NCBI GenBank assembly: GCA_017450845.1
Contig: JAFSSU010000303.1
Span: forward strand, 1 to 49,826
DNA: 49,826 nt
From: Treponema sp.
GTDB taxonomy: Bacteria > Spirochaetota > Spirochaetia > Treponematales > Treponemataceae
Reading direction: 5' to 3'
Shown here piece after piece: positions 28,674-37,377 of the stretch. The stretch's first letter is position 1; each line of letters opens with the position of its first letter. The position numbers and the translations under genes are program-made. The notes under the pieces are model-generated. The model was not told the origin of the DNA and did not search any database. It worked only from the letters and a program-made list of their open reading frames with translations.

Positions 28674-29600
28674 TTACAATGAGCTTTTGATGGACGCGAA
28701 CCGTGCGCTCCGCTTGTCCTCTCCCCAGTCCTTCGTCCCGTAGGCTGCATTCCTTATGTAGCCCCGGGCCTGGAACAGGCGGGTGGACGCGGACGGGTGG
28801 GTTTTTACCATCCCGCTTTTCTCAGTCTTTTCCCTTTCTTTCAGGGCTTCGAGCATGGAACGCAAGGCTTCGGGGTTGTAGCCCGCATCTCCCATAAGGG
28901 ATGCAGCCTTAGCGTCGGCCTCGAATTCCTGATTCTTGGAGTATCCGGTCGTGCTGAGCGTCGTCATAAGCTCATCCGCCGCATCGCCAAGCCCCTTCTG
29001 ATAGGCACTGCCCGTCACGATGGAACTTGCCGCGTCTACGACGCTGAGAGCTGCCTCGTTCAGGCGGCTTGTCTTTATGGACTTGACCGCATGCTTTAGC
29101 TGGATATGCCCGACCTCATGGGCAATGACCGCAGCCAGCTCATCCTCGGAGCTCGCGCATTTCAGAAGCCCCCTCGTGACAAAAATATGTCCGCCGGGTG
29201 TTGAAATGGCATTAATCTCCGTGCTGTCCAGTATGCCGACGTGGTAACCGTTATAGATGTCCGGCATATCGGATGACGAGGTGATCGCGGTGCATATCTC
29301 GTTGACATATTCCGTGGCCTTCGTGTTCTGATAGAGCTTGTAGTTGCCCAGTATCTTAGCGGCCACTTCCCGTCCGATATAGTACTCCTGCTCGGGAGAT
29401 ATCTCTTCCTTTGACTTTGCTATGGCGGCCCGGCTCTCGTCAATCTTGACACGGTTTTTGTCGGACATTTCCTGCCCTTTTTCCGTAATCTTGTCGGAGG
29501 CCTTCTGCATGCTGGCGGTCATCTTGTCCGTTGTCTCGCAGGAGACAAACAGGCAGGCGGCCATAAAAAGCGTGGTCGCCCATATCGTGCAGTTTTTCAT
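28674..29600 (-). CDS. M48-family zinc metalloprotease, lipoprotein
   Basis: Lipobox FVSC, INA..PGG, AAVIAHEVGH (HExxH), QEFEAD, THP. Confidence 0.9.
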   Translation of the reverse strand: MKNCTIWATTLFMAACLFVSCETTDKMTASMQKASDKITEKGQEMSDKNRVKIDESRAAIAKSKEEISPEQEYYIGREVAAKILGNYKLYQNTKATEYVNEICTAITSSSDMPDIYNGYHVGILDSTEINAISTPGGHIFVTRGLLKCASSEDELAAVIAHEVGHIQLKHAVKSIKTSRLNEAALSVVDAASSIVTGSAYQKGLGDAADELMTTLSTTGYSKNQEFEADAKAASLMGDAGYNPEALRSMLEALKEREKTEKSGMVKTHPSASTRLFQARGYIRNAAYGTKDWGEDKRSARFASIKSSL

Positions 29601-30043
29601 TACTCAGCTACCTTGAGTCCGCCCTTGGCCTTGAAGGATTCGTTCGTGCTGTCGCTGACTGAATTCCTCTCCACGGCATTCACCGCGGTGTAGTTTCCGC
29701 CATCGTTCTCCGTGTCGATTCCATCCCCGAATCCCTTTCCTGCAAGCGCGATTTCCTTTGCGTCGGTCGTCACTTTGCTGCCTGAGACAACTTTTCTCTT
29801 CGTGATTGCGTTGTTGCTTATCCAACCCTCGACATTCCCTTTCTTTACAAGGGTCCAGTTTCCGTCTGTCTTGACCCAAGTGACTGCATCGCCGTAACTG
29901 ACATTCGTGACGTTCTTGGATGAACCTGCGGGCTTCGCTTTCAGGTGGGAGCTCTTCACCGAGACGTAATAGGTTTCGGCGAAGGCTACCGCTGAAATCA
30001 GCATGGCGACTGCGGCCGCCAGGATTTTCTTGTTGAATTTCAT
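29600..30043 (-). CDS. Secreted bacterial SH3 (SH3b) domain protein
   Basis: Signal peptide ending AFA; SH3b pattern (LKAKP...VSYGDAV...GNWTLV...EGWI); C-terminal ALAGKGF segment. Confidence 0.8.
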   Translation of the reverse strand: MKFNKKILAAAVAMLISAVAFAETYYVSVKSSHLKAKPAGSSKNVTNVSYGDAVTWVKTDGNWTLVKKGNVEGWISNNAITKRKVVSGSKVTTDAKEIALAGKGFGDGIDTENDGGNYTAVNAVERNSVSDSTNESFKAKGGLKVAE

Positions 30044-30091
30044 AAAACCCTCCGTTAATTACACTAAGGATAAAAACTGATAGCCTCTAAA

Positions 30092-30120
30092 ATCCTAGAA
30101 GATTTTCCCCCGTTTGTCAA
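30092..30120 (-). promoter_or_regulatory. Promoter of the SH3-M48 operon
   Basis: Minus strand TTGACA (30120-30115), 17 bp, TAGGAT (30097-30092). Confidence 0.7.
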
Positions 30121-30187
30121 GGAAACAGGGAGGCTGGATATATCATAAACAAGTGAAGCGCATATAGATTACAAACAGATTTCCGTT

Positions 30188-30233
30188 CAATGAAAAAGCC
30201 CGCCCAGGTTTCCCCGGACGGGCCTTTTCATTG
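30188..30233 (-). terminator. Intrinsic terminator of pckG
   Basis: Minus strand CAATGAAAAGGCCCGTCCGGGG-AAA-CCTGGGCGGGCTTTTTCATTG: GC stem followed by a U-tract. Confidence 0.9.
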
Positions 30234-30244
30234 CCTAAGAAGAA

Positions 30245-32104
30245 CTAAGCGTTCAAGCGCTTTTCGAGATCATCCAAGCAGGCGGACAGCTCCTTGGGGA
30301 GGTGCTTGCCGAACTTGGGATAGTGGTTCTCGCGGATGTCCTTGACTTCCTTGAGCCAGCCTTCCTTGTCAACGGAGGTGATGGCAGGAATCTGCTGCTT
30401 GTAGATTTCGTCCAGGCCGTCCAGGTTGAGCGCGCCTTCCTTGGGCATGAAGCCGATGGGGGTGTCAACGCAGTTGTCCTTTCCGTCGCAGCGGTCAAAG
30501 ATCCACGCGAGGACGCGGCTGTTGTCGCCGTATCCGGGCCACATGAATCCGCCGGGCAGCTTGTCGTTCTTCTCGTCCTTGCGGAACCAGTTGACGTAGA
30601 AGATCTTCGGCAGCTTGTCCTGGTCGGCCTTGGCACCGATGTCAACCCAGTGCTGGAAGTAGTCGCCCATATTGTATCCGCAGAAGGGCAGGATGGCGAA
30701 GGGGTCGCGGCGAATCTTTCCGACTTCCGCGGCATTGATCGTGGAAGCGGCCGTAATCTCCGAACCGACGATGGAGCCGAGGAAGACTCCGTGGTTCCAG
30801 TTGCGGGCCTGGTGCACGAGCGGAACCGTCGAGGGGCGGCGGCCTCCGAAGAGGATGGCGCTGATCGGCACTCCCTTGGGATCCTCCCACTCAGGGGCGA
30901 TGCAGGGGCACTGGCAGGCGGGCGCGGTGAAGCGGGCGTTCGGGTGAGCCATCTCCTCTCCCTTGGGAGCCTTGTCCTTGGGGAGCGCGTCGCGGGTGTT
31001 GCCCTTCCAGTCAACCAGCTTGCCCTTGGCCGGGTAGCCGATTCCTTCCCACCAGACATCTCCGTCCTCGGTGAGGGCGCAGTTGGTGTAGATCGTGTTC
31101 TTCTCGGCGGAAACGAGGGCATTCTTGTTGGACTCGGCGGAAGTTCCGGGAGCAACGCCGAAGAAGCCTGCCTCAGGGTTGATGGCATAGAGCCTTCCGT
31201 CCTCGCCGAACTTCCTCCAGGCGATGTCGTCACCGATCGTCTCGACCTTCCAGCCGGGGATGGTCGGGATAAGCATGGCCAGGTTGGTCTTGCCGCAGGC
31301 TGACGGGAAGGCACCGGTCACGTACTTGACCTTGCCCTCGGGGTTGGTCAGCTTGAGGATGAGCATGTGCTCGGCAAGCCAGCCCTCATCGCGGGCCAGG
31401 ACGGTCGCAATGCGGAGGGCGAAGCACTTCTTTCCGAGCAGGGCGTTTCCGCCGTATCCTGAGCCGTAGGACCAGATGAGGCGCTCCTCAGGGAACTGGG
31501 TGATGTACTTGTGCTCGACGTCGGCGCAGGGCCAGATGCCGTTGTCGCTCTCGCCGTTGTTCAGCGGCTTTCCGACTGAATGGAGGCAGGGGACGAACTC
31601 GGCGTTGGCATCGGCATTGAAGATGTCCAGGACTTTCTTTCCGGCGCGGGTCATGATGTCCATGTTCAGGACGACGTACTCAGAGTCGGTAAGCTCGATT
31701 CCGTTCTTGGAGATGGGGCTGCCAAGGGGGCCCATGCAGAAGGGGATGACGTACATCGTGCGGCCGTGCATGCAGCCCTTGTACAGGCCCTTCATCGTGA
31801 CCTTGAGCTCTTTGGGGTCAATCCAGTGGTTGGTGGGACCGGCATCCTCTTCCTTGACGGATGAGATGAACGTGCGTGACTCGACGCGGGCAACATCGGA
31901 AGGCAGTGAGCGGAAAAGGAAGCTGTTCTCCTTCTTCTTGAGCGGGGTCGCGAGGCCTTTCTTCACGCACTCCTGCATCAGGCGGTCGTACTCTTCTTTT
32001 GAGCCATCGACGACAACGACGTTGTCAGGCTCACACATCTTAACACATTCGTCAACCCAAGCCTTGATCTTCGGGTGCTTGATGTCATTAAGTGTCAAAC
32101 TCAT
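30245..32104 (-). CDS. pckG: Phosphoenolpyruvate carboxykinase (GTP)
   Basis: [61 protein letters not shown]; strongly biased codon usage. Confidence 0.98.
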   Translation of the reverse strand: MSLTLNDIKHPKIKAWVDECVKMCEPDNVVVVDGSKEEYDRLMQECVKKGLATPLKKKENSFLFRSLPSDVARVESRTFISSVKEEDAGPTNHWIDPKELKVTMKGLYKGCMHGRTMYVIPFCMGPLGSPISKNGIELTDSEYVVLNMDIMTRAGKKVLDIFNADANAEFVPCLHSVGKPLNNGESDNGIWPCADVEHKYITQFPEERLIWSYGSGYGGNALLGKKCFALRIATVLARDEGWLAEHMLILKLTNPEGKVKYVTGAFPSACGKTNLAMLIPTIPGWKVETIGDDIAWRKFGEDGRLYAINPEAGFFGVAPGTSAESNKNALVSAEKNTIYTNCALTEDGDVWWEGIGYPAKGKLVDWKGNTRDALPKDKAPKGEEMAHPNARFTAPACQCPCIAPEWEDPKGVPISAILFGGRRPSTVPLVHQARNWNHGVFLGSIVGSEITAASTINAAEVGKIRRDPFAILPFCGYNMGDYFQHWVDIGAKADQDKLPKIFYVNWFRKDEKNDKLPGGFMWPGYGDNSRVLAWIFDRCDGKDNCVDTPIGFMPKEGALNLDGLDEIYKQQIPAITSVDKEGWLKEVKDIRENHYPKFGKHLPKELSACLDDLEKRLNA

Positions 32105-32221
32105 ACAGCAACTCCTATATAATAGAAGAAAACAGAGAAACAGCGGTTTTTACAACGTAACGCACTGTTTTCAAAGCCCCTTCCTGTGTCGGGGAAAGGG
32201 GGTTTTTCTTCCATATAGCAA

Positions 32222-32250
32222 AATATAAAGTAAATTTCCTCTTTGTTCAA
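32222..32250 (-). promoter_or_regulatory. pckG promoter
   Basis: Minus strand TTGAAC (32250-32245), 17 bp, TATATT (32227-32222); implies a leader of about 110 nt. Confidence 0.65.
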
Positions 32251-32272
32251 GGGCGGGAACAGGCCGGCCTCC

Positions 32273-32860
32273 TTACCGCAGGGCCTTGAAAGCTCTGGTC
32301 AGGTCAGCCATAAGTTTTTCCCTCAGATCGTCGGGGATTGTTTCCTTTGGCGCATCGTATTCCGGAGCAAAGACTGCCTCCTGAATCTTGCCGTTCTTGA
32401 CGAAGTACACTGTCGGCGCGTCCAGGTGCTTTATGTTGTTCTCGTCATAGGGCAGGTAGTCGAACGCCATATCCACCAGAAGCTCGTAGTCGTCCATATC
32501 GATGTTGGACTTCCAGTCCTTGTTTGCCCTTGTGTCCGCATAATAGACCGTCTTGTTCCCTGTCTTTCTGGCGGCCTGGTTCAGGACGGGCATGAGGTCT
32601 CGGCACCAGGGGCAGCGTGAGAAGCCGAAGTAGATGACGAAGGTTTCCTTGTTGTCGGCCCGCCTTTTCATATCCTTTATGTCGGACTTGACGAACACGT
32701 AATCCTCAGACTCGTCATACGTGGTATACGAGGACATGTCAGCCTTGTCACCGGCTGTGCTCCCGCTGTCCGCCACGGCCTTCGCCGTGCTGCAGGAATT
32801 GAGTGCGCTGAGCGAAAGGGCGATGGTTGCCGCCAGCAAAACCTTCAAAAGCTTTTTCAT
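32273..32860 (-). CDS. Thioredoxin-fold lipoprotein (CPWC)
   Basis: Lipobox LNSC; IYFGFSRCPWC, VYYAD, APTVYFVKNG. Confidence 0.8.
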   Translation of the reverse strand: MKKLLKVLLAATIALSLSALNSCSTAKAVADSGSTAGDKADMSSYTTYDESEDYVFVKSDIKDMKRRADNKETFVIYFGFSRCPWCRDLMPVLNQAARKTGNKTVYYADTRANKDWKSNIDMDDYELLVDMAFDYLPYDENNIKHLDAPTVYFVKNGKIQEAVFAPEYDAPKETIPDDLREKLMADLTRAFKALR

Positions 32861-32972
32861 CTTGTGTCTCCTGGGTATGTTTTTTGCTTAACTCCAGCCA
32901 ATCTATCACATCGGGGCCTTTTTATAAAGCCTTTTCCTTGCGTTTTTGCGGAAAATCTTGCCTTTTGCCCCC

Positions 32973-33001
32973 TTGAACAATCTTATTCTGTGTGCTATGC
33001 T
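32973..33001 (+). promoter_or_regulatory. rpsD promoter
   Basis: TTGAAC 32973-32978, 17 bp, TATGCT 32996-33001 with an extended -10 TGn. Confidence 0.7.
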
Positions 33002-33062
33002 AGATTTTACTTAGATAAGGGGCGGCTTTGAGGGTCGCCCAAGCGACTAGTAGGAGTTCATA

Positions 33063-33656
33063 ATGGCGACAAGAAGGAATCCCAGGTTCAAAGAGTGCAG
33101 GAGACTTGGAGTTAATGTTTGTGGGCATCCGAAGGCAATGAAGAGGGCCGATGCCCCTGCCTTTAGGAAGACGCACAAGGTTTCAGAATATGGCAGGCAG
33201 CTGATTGAGAAGCAGAAAGTCAAGGCCTATTACGGCATTTTGGAAAAGCAGCTGAGAAACTACTATGCCAAGGCACAGAAAAAAGAAGGAAAGACGGGTG
33301 AGGTTCTCCTCTCCACTCTGGAGTGCCGTCTGGATAATCTGGTCTACAGGCTCGGAATCGCAAATTCCATCAGGATGGCCCGTCAGCTCGTTACTCATCG
33401 TCACATCACTGTTGACGGCGATGTCGTCAACTTCCCGTCAACCCATATCAAGGTCGGTCAGGTTATTGCCCTCAAGGAGAAGGACAGGAAGAACGTCCAG
33501 TTCAAGAAGTGCTTCCTTGAGATGAACAAGTCTCCGCTTCCCTATCTGGAGCGCGATGACGATAACTTCTCCGGCAAGCTGATTTCCTATCCCCAGAGGA
33601 AGGACATCCCGGTTGAGATAAACGATCAGATGGTCGTTGAGTTCTACTCCAAGTAA
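33063..33656 (+). CDS. rpsD: 30S ribosomal protein S4
   Basis: SEYG.QL.EKQK, YGILEKQ, LE.RLDNLVYRLG, ARQLVTH.H, VEFYSK; AGGAG RBS. Confidence 0.98.
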   Translation: MATRRNPRFKECRRLGVNVCGHPKAMKRADAPAFRKTHKVSEYGRQLIEKQKVKAYYGILEKQLRNYYAKAQKKEGKTGEVLLSTLECRLDNLVYRLGIANSIRMARQLVTHRHITVDGDVVNFPSTHIKVGQVIALKEKDRKNVQFKKCFLEMNKSPLPYLERDDDNFSGKLISYPQRKDIPVEINDQMVVEFYSK

Positions 33657-33687
33657 TTCACTGCAAAGAGCTTAAGCTCAGCGTTTG

Positions 33688-33740
33688 AAGGGGCGAGAGG
33701 TCCGGTACTGAATGGTCTGGGCTTCCCGCCCTTGTTTTTC
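33688..33740 (+). terminator. Probable intrinsic terminator of rpsD
   Basis: AAGGGGCG with CGCCCTT and GAGGTCCGG with CTGGGCTTC form an imperfect stem, followed by GTTTTTC; preceded by the perfect palindrome GAGCTTAAGCTC (33668-33679). Confidence 0.6.
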
Positions 33741-33748
33741 CCTTTTGG

Positions 33749-35677
33749 CTAGATGTTCTTTTCCTGCAGGAATCTGATGAATTCATCCCGCTTCATGGGC
33801 CGGGCAAAGTAGAATCCCTGTATGAAGTCGCAGTCCAGCTCCTCCAGTATGTGGTATTGCTTTTCTGTCTCCACGCCCTCGCAGACGATTTTGAATCCGA
33901 CATCGTGCATCATTGCGATAGTGTTCCGTATGATTGACCTGCCGGAGGGCGTCTCCACGATGTCCACGATGCTCTTGTCGATTTTGACCAGGCTGAGAGG
34001 CAGGTCGATAGCCCGCTTGATGTTTGAGTAGCCGGTGCCGTAGTCGTCCAGGGAGAACGAATAGTTTTTCTTGAGCAGGGTCTCGACGTTGTTGTATCCG
34101 GTCATGGAGTGCATCCCCGCCATCGATTCCGTAATCTCCATGTTGATTCTTTCGGAGGGCGTGCCGTACTTCTCCTGCAGCTGGTTTATCTTGCTGACGA
34201 GGTCTTTCTGCAGGAGCTGCTCCACCGACAGGTTCAGCTCGATGTAGTGCAGCCCGAGGTCCATGAAGTCAGGAATCGTCACGAATTTGAAGATGCTCTC
34301 CAGGACGAAGTTTCCGACCGGGATGATCAGCCCGGTGCTCTCCGCGGTGGGGATGAACATGTCGGGCGGTATGAAGCCGTGCTGGGGGTCGTTCAGCCGG
34401 ATCAGGGCCTCGGCGGAGGAGAATCGCTTCTGCTTGAGGTCGAATATCGGCTGGTAGTACATCTCGAAGTTTCCTTCCTCAATGCCCTTGGTTATGATGT
34501 CCGAGATGTTTTCCAGAAGGCGGAAGTTCTTGTCCTTGATGACTTCGTCCGCCTTGAGCATCATCTGCCCGGGCTTGAGGTAGCGCTGGAAGAAGCGGCA
34601 GAACTGCAGCAAGCTGTCGATGTTGGAGAAGTCCTGGGGGTACTCCAGCAGGCAGAGCTTGGGGTCCAGTATGGAGGCGTAGCTGTCGTCCGTGAGGTTC
34701 CGCCACATGTCGATCATCTCCGGGTGCTCCTTCTCCATATCCACTCCGCCCTGGCTGAAGACGACCTGGATGCTTCCCGCCGAATTGTAGTAGAGCTTGT
34801 ACCCGTTCAGCTCGCTGATGATTTCGGCAATCTTCTGCTCGGTCTGCTTGATGAAGTTGAAGAACTTCTCGTCTCCGAAGTAGTTCCTCGCCTCCTGCGC
34901 GTTTGCGAAGTTTATGACGAGGAGCGTCGCGCTCCTGTTTGACAGCTTGAGGTTGGTCAGCTGCTTCCTGAGGGCCTCCTTGGTGTACAGGCCGGTGTCG
35001 GGGTCGAACATCTCCTCGGGGCGGTAGACGATCAGGTGTACAAGGAGCAGCGTGATGGCGGAGGAAATCATCTCCAGCAGGTAGTCGGCGTTCAGGGACT
35101 GGTAGAGCGCGCAAAGGAAGTCCACGATGTAGGTCGAGGTCATCGTCAGCCATTTGACCTCTCCCAGGTAGCGGCGCATCCTGCACAGGCAGACGAAGCC
35201 GAAGATGCTGTAGCCCATCCCGATGCCGTACAGGATGAACATGTGCGGTCCCCGCTGGTAGTAGTCTTCCGGGGTTATCGTGAACAGCTGGTGGGTGAAG
35301 AGGTTCGACAGTATGACCAGGTGGAGGGTGACCAGCGGGGCTATGAGGGCAATCCTGTATGCCTTTTTCTGCAGCTTGAAGATGCTGTCTGTCTGGACGA
35401 AAATCAGGATGATGTAGGTGAGCATGATGAACTGCCGGACAAACAGGTAGCTGTAGGTGGCGATGTGCGCGACGGCGAGACCGAAGGAAAAGCGGTGTAT
35501 CAGGGCGAACGACCAGTACATGGAGATGTCCAGCATGGTGGAGACGAGGCAGAACCAGATGACGCGCAGGAAGGCCCTGTTCTCGATTCCCTTGAACATA
35601 TTCCGGTAGTATATGGAAAAGAGGATTGCCACATATACAAAAAAGGCTACGTAGTTGAATACGAGAATACTTTTCAC
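33749..35677 (-). CDS. Membrane-bound c-di-GMP phosphodiesterase (multi-TM sensor + degenerate GGDEF + EAL)
   Basis: About 7 N-terminal TM helices, DPDTGL, no GGDEF motif, then YQP, AEALIR, NLS, EITE, DDYGTGYS, KID, EGVET, QGFYF. GTG start. Confidence 0.92.
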   Translation of the reverse strand: MKSILVFNYVAFFVYVAILFSIYYRNMFKGIENRAFLRVIWFCLVSTMLDISMYWSFALIHRFSFGLAVAHIATYSYLFVRQFIMLTYIILIFVQTDSIFKLQKKAYRIALIAPLVTLHLVILSNLFTHQLFTITPEDYYQRGPHMFILYGIGMGYSIFGFVCLCRMRRYLGEVKWLTMTSTYIVDFLCALYQSLNADYLLEMISSAITLLLVHLIVYRPEEMFDPDTGLYTKEALRKQLTNLKLSNRSATLLVINFANAQEARNYFGDEKFFNFIKQTEQKIAEIISELNGYKLYYNSAGSIQVVFSQGGVDMEKEHPEMIDMWRNLTDDSYASILDPKLCLLEYPQDFSNIDSLLQFCRFFQRYLKPGQMMLKADEVIKDKNFRLLENISDIITKGIEEGNFEMYYQPIFDLKQKRFSSAEALIRLNDPQHGFIPPDMFIPTAESTGLIIPVGNFVLESIFKFVTIPDFMDLGLHYIELNLSVEQLLQKDLVSKINQLQEKYGTPSERINMEITESMAGMHSMTGYNNVETLLKKNYSFSLDDYGTGYSNIKRAIDLPLSLVKIDKSIVDIVETPSGRSIIRNTIAMMHDVGFKIVCEGVETEKQYHILEELDCDFIQGFYFARPMKRDEFIRFLQEKNI

Positions 35678-35705
35678 TTGTGGAGCTCCCCTGCCTGTTA
35701 CCCCC

Positions 35706-35734
35706 AGTTTAGCACAGGAATCGAGAAAGGTCTA
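35706..35734 (-). promoter_or_regulatory. Promoter of the EAL gene
   Basis: Minus strand TAGACC (35734-35729), 17 bp, TAAACT (35711-35706) with an extended -10 TGn. Confidence 0.5.
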
Positions 35735-35760
35735 TATTCAGGGCGGAAATGCTTTGGGGT

Positions 35761-35789
35761 TTGACAAGACCCCCTTTATAATGGATAAT
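35761..35789 (+). promoter_or_regulatory. Promoter of the hypothetical-ruvA-ruvB-queA unit
   Basis: TTGACA 35761-35766, 17 bp, GATAAT 35784-35789. Confidence 0.6.
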
Positions 35790-35798
35790 CAGTGTATT

Positions 35799-37367
35799 AT
35801 GGCAGATTTAGATACGAAGAACGAGGAGCGTCCTGCTTCAGGGGGCGGGAGCTTCCTGATGAGCCTTCTGGACTTCATCCTGGGGAGGGAAAGCGACCCC
35901 CAGCGGAGGGAGCTCCAGGCCGTCCAGAAACAGCTGAACAGGACAGGCTACAAGTTTTACAAGCTCAGTAAGGAACGGCTCCTTGCGCCTTTTGCCTCGT
36001 TCATCTATGAGATTTACGAGATCGTTGACCCCTTGCGGGAGTTTTTCCTGGAGAACACGACGGATAAGTATTATGCCCATGCGGTCATCGAATATTTCAA
36101 GACCGAAAAGATAAACCAGCTTGCCGAGACCGTCTCGGAGGAAAGCCTTGTTGAGAGCAGCAAGGGCATGGAATTCCCCGGGCTCGCGGAGGCTGCCCGC
36201 AAGAATTTTAACGCGCTGACCGCGACATTCGGCAAGGACCTGGCGGGCAAGGTCAACGCGATGTACAACTCCGTTATTGCGCTCAAGCAGTTCTGCCTGA
36301 TTGACTACTATATCATCCTGCGGCGTTTCAAGCCTGATCTGGAGGAGCATAAGTTCATCCCGCACCTGAGCTTCGGCCAGATTGCGAAGAAATCTGTCAT
36401 AGATATTGTCCCTGACTTCCTTGCTGCCGCCTTGAACCTCCTGTGCGTGGATGACTGGACAGCGCAGATGGAGTTCATCTCTACCTTGCCCGGCTTCAAG
36501 GGCTTTGAAGACAAGAAGCTGGAGGATTTGCACGACAAGCTCCTCAAGATGAACTCCCTTTCTGTTTTCGCGAATTTCGGTAAGCTGTTCCTGCATGATC
36601 CCTCGTATACCGCCAGCGCGAATTTTCCGGCGGAGGACATCGTGAAAGATTTCCTGGACGGGATTTCCCACGAGATGGAGGAGACCCTGCAGGAAATAGA
36701 CATCAGGAAGAAGAACGAGCTGCTTGAGATTCAGATGAAAGAGATTTTCGGCGGGGCAGAGATCATGGATCTGCAGAACTATACCGAGGATTCTTCTGAC
36801 ATACTGGAGGGCATTCCCGTGAAGCTGGAGGACGGGAAGCAGATTTCATACAACAAGTGCATGCAGGCGAAGTATTTCCATTCGCTGGTGAACACCTACC
36901 TGAGCAAAAAACTCCTTGAGTTCGTCGAGAACTTTGCTGTCAGGGCAGAGATCCGCGGAAGCGAATACACCGCAAAATTCTCGTCGGAGTATCACCAGAT
37001 GCTCGCGATTGACGATGAGATAAAGAAGCTGGACATGGAGCTGGGGCAGGGCTTCCCCAACGGCTACAAAATCGCTCTGCTGGCAGATGCGGCCGCACAC
37101 TCGTCCGATGCCGCCGAGAAGCTTTATACAGAAGTAAGCTCCGTGAACAAGGCGTTCGCAGACCAGCTGGGCGAAGGAATGGGCATACTCCACTCCGTGC
37201 TCAGGAAGCTCACGGAGCTGCTTGAGGACAAGAAGTCAATCAGTCCGGCCATCGTGAAAAACTGGAATAATATCGATGAATATCTCCGGGAGCCGGCGCT
37301 GAAAACCCTGACAGAATCTACGACCCGTCTGAAAACATTCGTCGCCCTTATGGACAGCTTCAAATAG
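35799..37367 (+). CDS. Alpha-helical cytoplasmic hypothetical protein (resembles the spirochaete DUF5312 family, from recall)
   Basis: Long open frame with host-like codon usage; acidic and helical, no catalytic motif seen. Start set to ATG 35799, just downstream of the promoter. Confidence 0.7.
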   Translation: MADLDTKNEERPASGGGSFLMSLLDFILGRESDPQRRELQAVQKQLNRTGYKFYKLSKERLLAPFASFIYEIYEIVDPLREFFLENTTDKYYAHAVIEYFKTEKINQLAETVSEESLVESSKGMEFPGLAEAARKNFNALTATFGKDLAGKVNAMYNSVIALKQFCLIDYYIILRRFKPDLEEHKFIPHLSFGQIAKKSVIDIVPDFLAAALNLLCVDDWTAQMEFISTLPGFKGFEDKKLEDLHDKLLKMNSLSVFANFGKLFLHDPSYTASANFPAEDIVKDFLDGISHEMEETLQEIDIRKKNELLEIQMKEIFGGAEIMDLQNYTEDSSDILEGIPVKLEDGKQISYNKCMQAKYFHSLVNTYLSKKLLEFVENFAVRAEIRGSEYTAKFSSEYHQMLAIDDEIKKLDMELGQGFPNGYKIALLADAAAHSSDAAEKLYTEVSSVNKAFADQLGEGMGILHSVLRKLTELLEDKKSISPAIVKNWNNIDEYLREPALKTLTESTTRLKTFVALMDSFK

Positions 37368-37377
37368 GCGGTATTCT

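Noticed and set aside
30253-31314. 353-aa alternative-frame ORF and 333-aa antisense ORF over pckG
   Set aside because: Ser/Arg/Pro/Thr-rich shadow frames are expected from strong GC3 codon bias; no RBS or domain motifs.
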